DNA of 38,771 nt from Hyphochytrium catenoides. Lineage: Eukaryota > Protista > Hyphochytriomycota. Under the pieces are notes generated by a model. That model was not told the origin of the DNA. It worked only from the letters and a program-made list of their open reading frames with translations, and did no database searches. The DNA lies in assembly GCA_900088475.1 (NCBI GenBank), contig FLMG01004145.1:1-38771 (forward strand). Direction: 5' to 3'. Of the stretch, positions 1-10,915 are shown in pieces (within the stretch, counting starts at the first letter, position 1; every line of letters begins with the position of its first letter). The translations under genes were made by a program, and so were the position numbers.

Positions 1-287
1 CAGGTAAAGTGTGACCATGAAAGAGTTCGAGGGCCAGAGGGACCAGGTTCTGTCTGAAAACCAAGCTCCAGGAAGCCATCGCGTAGGAAATTGAGAGAAG
101 AGACATAGCCCAGGGTCTGGGACATTCACCAACGGGGAGAGGGAAAGATCTAAGGGTAGAGAGAGGAAGAGAGAGAGACAGAGAGAGAAAGAGAGTAAAG
201 AGGTCTACCAGGGGCCCACCGTGGTGTCAAGCTGTCTTATCATCTGGTATAATGCTCTTGAACTTTACTATTTTTGGATTAACGCAG

Positions 288-559
288 GGCGTCCTGCTAC
301 TAAACACGGTGCTGACGGTGCGGAGAGGCGAGCCGAACTCCCATAAGAACCAAGGCTGGGAGGAGTTCACCGCGGCGGTGCTCAGGGCCATTAACAAGCA
401 AAAGGAAGGAGTAGTTTTTTTGCTGTGGGGCAAGCCTGCACAGGTTTGACGGCTGCTTTCTGAACTATATAATGGCTGTCAAAGGAAACGGTTGGAAGAA
501 GCAAGAGAAGGACGAGGAGCAGACCTCATAGGGCACTCATCCGAAGCCAATTGGGCAAG

Positions 560-634
<75 letters not shown>

Positions 635-912
635 CAGGGAGAGAATCGGGTAGAGAGAGTGAGCATGTCATTCCTTCTGTTTTTAGTGCTCTCTTTCGAG
701 GTCTAATATCCGATGCTTTCTTGTGGTGCTCTGGGCAGGCTCGGGGAGCGGTATTAGACCGGAAGAAGCATCACATCATTACCTCCTCGCACCCGAGTCC
801 TCTAGGCGCCATGCAGACTAATGAGCCTTTCCTAGGTTCTCGGTGCTTCTCCAGAGTCAACGAGTATCTCAGCAACAAGGGTCTTGAGCCGGTTGACTGG
901 AACTTAGACTAG
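288..912 (+). CDS. UNG: Uracil-DNA glycosylase family 1, last two exons (288-443, 739-912); 5' part lies upstream of the window
   Basis: [11 protein letters not shown]...[12 protein letters not shown]...[11 protein letters not shown] | [23 protein letters not shown]...[14 protein letters not shown]...VDW. Contains the canonical HPSPL motif. GT-AG introns 4-287 and 444-738; the second is phase 0. Confidence 0.96.
567..630. repeat. (GA)n microsatellite in UNG intron
   Basis: Perfect GA dinucleotide run of ~64 nt. Confidence 0.95.
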
Positions 913-1214
913 AGCCACAGCGCAGCTTTCTACTTGGTGTTCGGAAGGCTGATGATGATAACGGGAACAGGATGGTCTCCTGGGTCTACGCACTCGTGGG
1001 CCAACAGGTCACCGCTTCTCTACGTCGGTCTCTACCATCAGCCCTGACAAGGAACCAGGGAAACGCATTTATTCGCTCTTCCCTTTGGTGTGTGCATCAC
1101 ACTGCTGGCGACACATCAATGAAGACAAGGCAGGGGGGACGGTTGTCATGGACGATGACTTGCCCCTTGCCCCTCATGCTCTCACTTCCATCTTCGCTCC
1201 ACTCCTTTTACTTT

Positions 1215-1267
<53 letters not shown>

Positions 1268-2039
1268 TGTCTCTTCTCAGCTTGTCCAGGAACTCTTCTG
1301 AGCAATGACCTTTCGTCTTTATGGTCAATTTAAGCGACAATATCAGGCTAATGGTAACATCTCAAAACCTAACATAACCATTACGACAAAGAGTTTGTAC
1401 GCAAGAGAAACCCATGTACTCTACAGTAAGTAATCATAGAACTGAGGAACAGATTTGCGACAAGGTTAGGCTCATAGCCTCTCCCTCTGTGCCAATACCT
1501 TCGCCGGGGGCTGAGGGTTATTCATTGGCTCCTCGGGCCGCTAGGGCCAAAGAACTGTTTATAGTCGACGTTATTCTTTGCGTGGGTTTGTACCCTTTCC
1601 TACGTCCGATAATATTCCTCCCCCGGGGGTAGCTACGGTCCCAGGGGTAGGTCGAGGTTTTGCTTCTGTCTTTTTCCGTTGTGCGGCGGCCCCGGCGGCG
1701 GGTTCGGAGGTCATCCCTCTCGGTGTTGAGCCCAGTGCTAAGCGAGCAAGGAAAGAGGAGAGAGAGAGCAGAAAGAGACAGACAGACAGAGAGACACAGA
1801 GACAGAGAAAGGCAGAGATATATATAGAGAGAAAGAGAAATAGATAAAACAAGACACAAGCGAAAAAGAGAGTGAGAAAGGAGAGAGACAGAGACAGAGA
1901 GAGAGAGTGAGAGAGAAAGACAAAAGGAACGACTAGACAGAGGGACAGATAGACTGCCTAATAACCCCATTCAGAGACGAGACAGAGGAGAAAGAAGAAG
2001 AGGCGGCTCTAAGGAGGTGTGCAAGAGTTGATAAAAGAA

Positions 2040-2085
<46 letters not shown>

Positions 2086-2388
2086 CACAACCCGGCGGCA
2101 AGGAGGCGCACTGCTCGGTCCCCACGGCACACCAGCACCGCCGCTCCGCCGCAGGGAAAGGATGTTGAGGACGTTGCCGCATGACTTTCTGTCCTTGACT
2201 TCCGCGCTGTGACGGAACAGAGAGAGAAGAGAGACAGAGACATAGAAAGAGAGAGTGACAGAGAGACAGACCAGAGAAAGAAGACAGTAGTAATCCCAGG
2301 TTTATCGTCGCGCTAGGCAAGAAGACAAGTAGAGGTCGCTGCCGCCTCTGGATGCGGGAAGAGAAGGTTCTATAAGAGGCGCGGAGCG

Positions 2389-5300
2389 ATGGGTCGGAAG
2401 CAGTAAGTAAAGAGCTTCAACTAGCTCAGCTCCTCTTCCCATTCGCACCGACTTTGTTCCTTCTAGCCCACCAGCTCTCGCCCTCCGTCCCCAGCTTTTG
2501 CTCGTCCGTATCAGTTTGTTCTTCTTACGCTCTATTTTTCTCTCTCCCTTCACTCTCTCTCTCTTCTTCTCCTCTCTTTCTCTCTCTCTCTCTCTCTTCC
2601 CTGCCTCTGCCACTCTTTCGCGAAGACGCACAAGTGTCAACGGTCCGTCCACGGCCCCCGCACGCCTGGTGACGCGCTCTATTGCGGTGGACACTGTGTC
2701 AATCAGTCCTGCAGCCGTGAAGCCCAATCAGGTCGAGTGCTCACCACAGAATGACTGCGATGCCACGCAGATGGACCTCTTACGGCAGGTACTGGCAGCC
2801 CAAGGGCCTCTATTGCCCTCCTCGCTCATCCTCGCGGTGGCTAGCCCGCTCCGGGCGATTGCTCTCCTTCCCATTTCCTCTGTGTCTCTTCATTTTATAA
2901 TGTTATTCTGGCTGTAGGTGCAGGAGATCCACGCCCGCAGCGAGCAGCAGGGCAAGTACATTGACTCGCGGCAGTGTGAGCAGCTGGCGCAGCTGCTGAG
3001 CAGGTACAACGAGCAGGAGCATGAGTTCAGAAACAAGGAGCTGCACACGGAGTTCTATAACACGGTTAACAAGCTTATGAAGGTTCATCAGACCATTGTC
3101 GTTCGCTCTGACTCTCTCGCCTTATCTCCATCGCTTATGTCCCTCTCTCTCTCTTTCTCACTCTCTCTCTTCCTCCTTCTTTCTCCTCTCTTTTTCTCTA
3201 TCCCTCTCTCTCTTTCATTCATCTTCATTCCTTCCTCTCTACGTGTCTCGTCCCTTCCTGTCGCGATATGGCACTTAACTTTCTTCGGACTGCTTGCTCT
3301 TTCGACAGGCCCCGAACTCTAAGAGAGAGAGGCGGTTGTCTGAGTTGAAGGGTCAGATCGAGGATATTTTACGCCGCTGGATGAAGCACATCTATGACCC
3401 GTAAGGCAATGACACTCTATCGCATCAGAGAGCAACGTCTTCTTCTCGCTCCTCTCACTCTAAGTGCGCTCTGTCTCCAGCCTTTATCTCTCTGACTTGA
3501 TAGATCGAATGTCTCTTTCATCGTCGCTTAAGCTTATGCATCTTTCGTCCTTGGCCTTGCTAACAGGCATACTATGGACTATATGGCAACCAAGGAGATG
3601 AGCAAGTTTCAAAAGCAGGACAAAGAGGTTCGCAGCCTAATTGGAGAGTACGAATCTCTGGTGAGATAACGAAAAAGGAAGAAAAAGAGAGAGAGAGAGA
3701 GAGACGGCAAACACGGGCCATCCTTGCAGTTACGACGTTCTATTTCCCTTGGTAGAGACTAAGCTAAGTCCTTTCCTCTAGGTCCGCCGCGACTGGGAGC
3801 GCAAGCTCCTCCAGAATATGAAGCTCAATATCGCCTTCTATCACCTCTGCCTCTTGGAGTATCTATACCTGGCCGACGGCTATCTGACGAAAGAGAACGA
3901 CAGCCTCTTTCAGAGGCTGCTCAGAGGTAGGACAAGCACCACTGTTCTCCGGCCTACCGTCCAGCATATCTTCGCATTCGTGTCTCTGCTCCTTCCGCCT
4001 CGCTTATCTTCCCCAATTCCCTTCGGATGGCTCTCTATCACACTGTACGCGCATTCTCCCTCGGCCTTTCCCCCAGGGTTTGACCGCTTCTGTCTTTATT
4101 AATAACCCTAAACCTCCTAGAGCTGCAGCAGAACAAGCCTCGGAACAATGGGACGGCTATCTGGGTAGAGGAGACTGGGCTGATGCATAAGCCAGAGCTC
4201 CAAGCGTCCACAATCGCGACGGCGATCAAGAGGTGGAAACAGGTGACGTACTGATAGGGTGGCAGTACTCTTTTCGCTACATCCTATCCCCTTTGCGATT
4301 GACCTTATGGACTGATTTCTCCTTTGTTCTCCGTTATTACAGCTCGCAGACGGATTTGCGGATGCTCGTGAGCGCAAGTATAACAGTAAGGACGCTGTCA
4401 CGTCGCCGCGGACGTTTGCCATCAGCCTGTTTGCGGGCATGCCCTTCTTCTTCCTGGTGCGTGCAAATGAAGAGAACGGAGCGATCAGGAGAGACATTAT
4501 AGAAACGGAAGTGGGCTTTTGGCAGGCTGTCCTTATATCTCGGCTTCTTTCCGTCCGTCATTCTCCATCTTGCTGGTTTCCTCATCTTGGTGTCTCTAAC
4601 TGACATGATCGATCCTTTGTCTTCACCTCCAGCTCTTTGCTGAATCTGCGGGTCTGCATCCGTCTCCAGACGAGCTGTTTAGCTCTCAGAGCCTTTTCAA
4701 TCGCCTCTCTGTCTGGTGGCTAGTACTCTCAGCGATTGGCGTGCTAATCTTGATGGTCATATGCTGCGGGATATTTTTGGCCTGGGACCAGGGAGACCCC
4801 TCAGAGAGCTGTAAGCTGGATGCTTCTCAGTATTTAGTAGTGTTGGTCTGACAAACAGCGGCCTTGCCATGCTTACTCTGTTTATCGCTTCATCGTGCTA
4901 TCTATCGTTCGCGCCCTGTTGCATGGCTAAGTTTCATCTCTGCTCGTCCACTTCATCTCTCTTGTCCGTCAGTGGGTGTGAAAGGATCGCTTACAAGCTT
5001 TCTGTGGTCGGAGACACGCAGTGCGCGCGTGAGCTCAGCAGAGCTGAGCACTGAATATAACAAAGGCGCCAGCTTTGATGATCTGATCCTCCTTGCCAGC
5101 CAGTACGTACCTGTCCTCCGTTCTCTGCTCTTAGAGCCATCCACTGGTTACTTTTGGCAGCGCTATCTATCTACATGGTATCTACATGCTGTCCACCTTG
5201 GCACGCTCTCATCCATCGGCTCCCTCTACGACGTAGAAATTGGAAGCATTCCTTTGGCAAATTGCGGTGCTGTGTCCAACGGGTCTACACAAAGCCTCAC

Positions 5301-5395
5301 CCCCAGTATATCCTGACACTTAAGGTATGACGGAGGATGAAGGCGTTGAAGAGTTAGGGAGAATGGGTGTTCACTCGTGACTACAAAGTTGCATG

Positions 5396-5431
<36 letters not shown>

Positions 5432-7242
5432 AAGAGAGAAGAGAGAAGAGAGAGAGGGTAAGGGAGCTGCTATGTGCAGCTGCTGGTTCATATCACCTGC
5501 GGTGCCTGACTCTCATACTATCATCATCAAATATGCTAGACGGAGGATGGCAGCTTCTTGAATTTGCTGGCCGCCACGAAGGAGTCAGGAAATCGCTTCG
5601 GCATCCGCTTTGTAGGCCGCAAAGCCGACGAACTCTTTGACTCTAAGTCTGCAAAGCACGAGGGACAGGAAGGAGAGGACGAAGGATCAAAGAGTCAGGA
5701 AGAGGAAAGTCTTCTTTCGGAGTTGGCATCAGCTTGGACGTCGTACCAGCCTTTTGCCTCTTTGCAGTTGGTTGAAGGGTAAGCCCATCACTAGTTACGG
5801 GGCGCTCGAAGCTTGAGCTGAGAGATTGATCAATTTAGTTGACACCTACATCTCTCTCTCTTTCTTTCTCCCTTTCTGTACCGATGAATATTGGTCTATT
5901 GGCGGCCATGTCTGCGATTGTGGCCATTTCTCGATAGTGGTTTTATCCTCCTCGATCAAGGCGCTGCTACTGGTGCAGGAGAAGCTTCGTGTGAGCACTG
6001 TCAGGAGTGTGGCGTCGCTTGCTTAGAGCCGTTAGCTTTTATAAACTTCGTAAGACACAAAGCATATGCCCTCCCACTAGGCGTCAAAGTTGTCGCTAAC
6101 CATCCTAACCCCTCTACGTCTGCCAATGCATGCCCCTGTGTGCCTCCTCCGTGTCCTTTCAAAGGACAAGGCTGTGCATGCTGAGACTCGGGCCGTCCCT
6201 CGAGAGCTTAATGTGAGATTGCTTTTGATTAGCTGATCTAAGCAGGTTGCTGAGCGAGAACCTCTTCTCTGTCCTTGCCTCTCTTCGTGCTTGGTACGGT
6301 AGGTCTGGGTCCCTCCCGCATCCAGCACCTCAAAGAGGCGAAAGGTATCAAGCGGGTCATGTTTCTTTGAAAGGTGAGCCAAGGGCCCTCGTCTATCTCT
6401 CTTTCTTCGCCTTCTTTCGCCCTCTGTGAACTCCTTCTACAATGTCTAGACCGCCACTCTCCAGCCTCATCTTGTCTCAAGCCCCGAAGCCCTAAGAATG
6501 TACCTCTGCCTAGGACTAAGTCTCAGAGAAGCCGGCCAGAATTCTACGCGCTTGTGAGCAAGAATCCTATTTGGAATGAACGTAATACTTTGTCTAGAGC
6601 TCCCCTACGCTGTCCTCTTAGTCTTTTCTGTCACACAGCCTCACTACTGCTCTATACTTCTTATCCTGCTCTCTCTATTGTCAGACTCCTCCCCATAAAA
6701 AATGCATTTGTTCCTGACTAGTGCTATTCCTCTTGCTGTCATCATAGAGATCGGCGCCTACGTGCTTGACTTTGATGGGCGCGTGACCATGGCTTCCGCT
6801 AAGAATTTCCAGCTGATCCGGCCCCAAGAGAGTAAGAGACCAGAGAGGAATAGCCGTCTTAACTCTTCATTAATGTTCTTTCTTTGTGTATCAGATGATA
6901 ACGTGGCAAATGTGGCGTTGCAGTTCGGGAAAGTGGCTCAAAACAACTTCACTCTGGACTTTGACTGTCCCATCTCCCCACTGCAAGGTAGTTGATGCCT
7001 TCTATGAAAAGCTCTACCATCTCTCTGTCGCTGCACTAGCAGCATCGTACATATCTCCTCCAATACCCAGATTGCTGTTCGTAGGCCGCTGGGTGCTGCT
7101 ATCCAAAGCTCTGGCCATCGTCTCCTACTGCCCTACCGATTGTTCTAAAGCACAGTCTTTCCCTTTCTTTTGCTCTCTTCGCACCACAGCGTTTGCCGTG
7201 AGCCTGAGCATCTTTCATCACAAGCTTGTGCTGAACAACTAG
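2389..7242 (+). CDS. Tubby-domain protein with a helical N-terminal region and two transmembrane helices (~690 aa, 19 exons)
   Basis: Phase-consistent GT-AG exon chain: 2389-2402, 2626-2788, 2918-3082, 3309-3400, 3567-3660, 3782-3926, 4121-4242, 4343-4456, 4633-4810, 4973-5102, 5237-5324, 5540-5778, 5938-6049, 6165-6212, 6303-6373, 6514-6581, 6748-6831, 6895-6987, 7190-7242 (2073 nt). The C-terminus [33 protein letters not shown]...[37 protein letters not shown] matches the Tubby C-terminal signature. The domain start GKLRCCVQR...PQYILTLKTEDGSFLNLLAATK also aligns with Tubby. Confidence 0.85.
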
Positions 7243-7439
7243 CTGCTTGGGCTTCTCGATGGAGCTCTGCTGCCCGCCATTCAATGTCTTCATTCCAATT
7301 GCTAGGGCCGAGAGATTTCCTTCAACCTTTGAGAGTTAGGTTATGGAGAGATGAAGATGTGCAAGCCAGCAGGAGAGAATATACCCAGCTAACTCTAATG
7401 AAGGGGGCTCTAGCCCAGGCACATGACTCTTTCCCATGC

Positions 7440-8219
7440 TTAAAGATTGATCACCTCCGGCATCACTGTCTCTTCGTCTCTATCTTGGTCTCTCTCTAGC
7501 AATCTAGAGTCCAAAGAAGAGAAAATGCGTTCCGCCGTGGTGGCCGCAGACGTAGCTGGAGAAGGCCCGTACGAGCTTCTTGCCTTCTTGCTGGCCTTCT
7601 CATCCACAGCGGTGTCAGCCATCATGTTGGGGAAGTGGCGCCGTAGAAAGGATCGCTGCCATGACTTTGAAAAGGCTTTCTTCTGCTCTGAAGAGCGGTT
7701 GCCCATCTGCAATAACCTAGCGGCGCACTCAGACATCATCTTCTCGGTGATGATCTCTCGCCGGCTCCGTCTGTCTGTCACCCACCACACTAGAAATTTC
7801 TCTTCATCCTCTGTAAGCCTAGTGGCAGGCCCAGAACGCTTGATCTCTTCAACGCCCCTCTTCTTGATGATCTGCGCTTGTCTGAAGATCGTGGTCTTGG
7901 GGATACTATAAGCAGAGTACAGCTCAGCCGCTCTCGATGCCGTGAGCTCGCCTCTAGCGACTTGCGAGGCCGCTTCGAGGAGCTTCTCAGGAGGATAGGA
8001 CTTCAGCTTCTTCCCTCTGTTGTTGTTGTGCGTGTTGAGATCGCGGTCTCCAGTCCTTTCTCTTCTTCCCCTTTCGGTGCTAGGCTGGGCGACCGCAAGC
8101 GTGTCGTCTAAACCATGGTGTCCATGCACGACAAGTTGAAGCGACCTGTGTGCTGCTAATGGAGAAGAGCTGCGGTGGCCCCGAAGAGCCTCCTCCAATG
8201 ACTGGCCTCTCAGCATCAT
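7440..8219 (-). CDS. HTH-psq + CENP-B/Tc5-type HTH DNA-binding protein (pogo/Tigger transposase-derived, no DDE domain)
   Basis: Single 259-aa ORF. KSYPPEKLLEAASQVARGELTASRAAELYSAYSIPKTTI is psq-like. GPATRLTEDEEKFLVWWV...IITEKMMSECAARLL...FSKSWQRSFLRRH is a CENP-B HTH. The ORF ends ~60 aa later with no catalytic domain. Confidence 0.8.
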   Translation of the reverse strand: MMLRGQSLEEALRGHRSSSPLAAHRSLQLVVHGHHGLDDTLAVAQPSTERGRRERTGDRDLNTHNNNRGKKLKSYPPEKLLEAASQVARGELTASRAAELYSAYSIPKTTIFRQAQIIKKRGVEEIKRSGPATRLTEDEEKFLVWWVTDRRSRREIITEKMMSECAARLLQMGNRSSEQKKAFSKSWQRSFLRRHFPNMMADTAVDEKASKKARSSYGPSPATSAATTAERIFSSLDSRLLERDQDRDEETVMPEVINL

Positions 8220-9592
8220 TTGAGACAGAAGCTGAGACGGAGATCAGCTTACGAAGCTAGCCATGGCCTCATCATGGCCCGGCGTAAAGGAGTGGGCTCA
8301 CCGCCTCCAATGAGAACAGACATAATCCATTCGGACAAAGTTGATGAAGGCGTTCTATCGTTTCTAATCCACCGACTAACATCTTCATTCAAATGCTCTG
8401 CGCATCAATCTGCATATTAGCGGTGCGAGATATCGCCCACCCTGCAGCAAGGGCTTCATACAATTCCAATCACAGCGCTCAACGCGCTCTCTGTGCAGCG
8501 CCTGACCTGCCGTAGAGCTCAGCGCGCCGCGCCTTGGAAGAGGTTTGCGGAGGTGTTGCCGATGAGAAGTGGTCAACGCTCTGGAAGCGGGCAAGCAAAA
8601 GAGAGAGAAACGGAGTAGGGTCAGACAGAGAAATACAGGGTGGAGACAGAGAGACATGAGAAGAGAGAAATTACAGAGTTCCGGGAGGCTGAGGAGGAGA
8701 CAGGGTGCTAGAGAGATATCTAGGAGCAGAGACAGAGAGACAGAGAGATACGTAGGAGCAAAGACAGAGAGATAGAGACTACAGATTGAGAGAGAACAAG
8801 AGAATTGAAACCTTTCACCCTACCATCTCCTGGAGGAGTACTGGCTGGGTGACCGGTAAAATGGCAGATTCAGAACCACCATTCACGAATCTAAAGCGTC
8901 ACATATCTTTATGATACAATTCCCAATGCTTCGTCTGGAAAATAGATTTCAGAGACTCTGTGAAGGCTTACTTATGTTTGCTTTTTTGATTCCTTCCTAC
9001 TGGAATAAAGGAAACATTGGGTGAAGAAACAAGAAGCGAGACGTGGCACAGAGGGGGAGAGAGAGNNNNNNNNNNNNNNNNNNNNNNNNNNNNNNNNNNN
9101 NNNNNNNNNNNNNNNNNNNNNNNNNNNNNNNNNNNNNNNNNNNGAGAGAGAGAGAGAGAGAGAAGAGTGAGCTAGCTGTAGGGCAGGGTGGCAGCTCCAC
9201 AGCCCCAGACGAGACTGAACTGGATTGCGGTGATGTGATGAGCGTGTTGGTCCTCTCTGAGTCTCTCTCTCTCTCTTGCTCTCTCTCCTCTTGCTCTCCC
9301 CTCCGTCCCCGTCACTCTCCTCCCACTCCCGCTCGCTTGTTGTCCCCTCTCCTCTGTCCCTGCTGCTCATCACCATAGCTCCACTCTGGCTCTCACTTCC
9401 TAACAGCTGCGTCTGACAGCGCAAACCAGTCTTTCCAAGCTTTCTAAAGGCCCCAACTAATCCTCAGGTGAGATTCTTGGCTGTCTTCAGAGTCGTCCGC
9501 AGACTTGCGCATTGTCCTTAGCCTTCCTTTCCCTCATCGCTGCAGAGAGAGCAGCGTCCCTACCCGGTGGCTGCTGCTGAGATATATCCCAA

Positions 9593-10881
9593 ATGGCGAC
9601 GAAGGCTCGGTCCGCGGCCGCGGTGGTGGCAGCGGGGAAACCGCGGCCTATTGCTGGCTCCTCCAACTCCTCAGACGCTGTGGCCAAGGCAGAGAGGATG
9701 CTCTCCGACATGAAGCAGGAGCTAGAAGTACTGCAGGTTAGGAGAAGGGCTACGACTGTCCAAGCACCGGGGACAAAGCCACCAAGAGATAGACTCTGAG
9801 TGAGAGAGAGAGAGATAGAGCCAAACAAGGGAAAGGCTAATGCAGAGTATGATGAGAGATAGACGACTAAGAGATCCTCCGGAGTACATAGCTTTGGCAG
9901 CTTTTCTCCACCTTTACTGATCTCTCTCTCTTTCTCTCTCTCTCTCTTGTTCTCTCCCTTTCGCTGTTTTTCTGTTCTTCTCTCTCTTGTCGCACAACTT
10001 AAAGGCTGAGCGTAAGAGGCTGGATGAGAAGGTTCGCCTAGGCAATGCTGCTGCTCCGAAGAAGCCGATGCTGAGCGATGAGAAGATTGACCAAGAGATC
10101 GAGCGTATGGAGTATAAGCGCACCACGACGTCTCTCTCACTGAACGACGAGAAGAAACTGGTCAAGGAGATAGAGAGCTTAAAGGCTGACAAGCTCCGGG
10201 TACGTGCGACGCAGACGAATGATAGCCCAGCATTCACTTCTTCGTCTCTCTCTCCCTCTCCAGCTTCTTCCTTTCCAGGCTAACAAATCGCGCGGGACTG
10301 CATGCGTTTCCCTATGTTAATTGTTAGCGCTTCTTTCTTCCGTCCTGATAGTTCGCTCTTTTGACATGGATACGTCCGTCGCGCAGAATAAGAAGTATGA
10401 GCAGCATATGGTTGGCGTTAATGCCCTGGCAGAGCAGCGCGCGGAGGTCATTGCAAAGATCAAAACCCGAGAAGAGGCGATCTCTGAGCTTCAGCGTCGG
10501 ATGAAGACGCTTGAGTTAGCAGCCAAAGCCGGAGTGAGTCTTGCCATCTTCTTGTGCGTGTCCTTTCTTGCGCTGCCCGCTTCCTCTGACATAGTCAGCG
10601 GCCTCTGAGGACCACCGCTGTCCTGTGGCTTTCCTGCTTGTCTCTTAGAGATCGCCGCTAACGCTTTACGCTTCCTTATGTGCCCGTCGTCCCTGTTAGG
10701 TGGCAGCTGAGGACTTGAAGACCATTGACGTGGAGGTGCCCACCCAGTTCTTAGGGGGCGTCATAGGGAAGAAGGGAGCCAACCTAACCCGGATAGAGCA
10801 GGAGTGCGGAGTATCCATCCAAGTTGTTGACACAGAGGAGGTGAGGATCATGAGTTGGCAATATAAGGAGAAATGGGGAGG

Positions 10882-10915
<34 letters not shown>

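Noticed and set aside
1440-1740. Structured ncRNA (snRNA, SRP, RNase P/MRP, telomerase RNA)
   Set aside because: GC-rich, but no diagnostic conserved boxes could be identified by eye.
5103-5316. ORF 4864-5316 as the terminal exon of a standalone TM protein
   Set aside because: A strong donor at 5103 and an acceptor at 5236 splice in phase into a frame matching the Tubby domain start. The Tubby exons otherwise lack a start codon.
5973-6026. Cys-rich insert (SCEHCQECGVAC) as a novel zinc-binding loop in the Tubby domain
   Set aside because: The segment is also a possible in-frame 54-nt GT-AG intron. It cannot be resolved without transcripts.
7447-7911. 154-aa plus-strand ORF
   Set aside because: Antisense shadow of the CENP-B-like ORF. 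The same applies to antisense ORFs inside the KH, STR2 and SUCLG1 genes.
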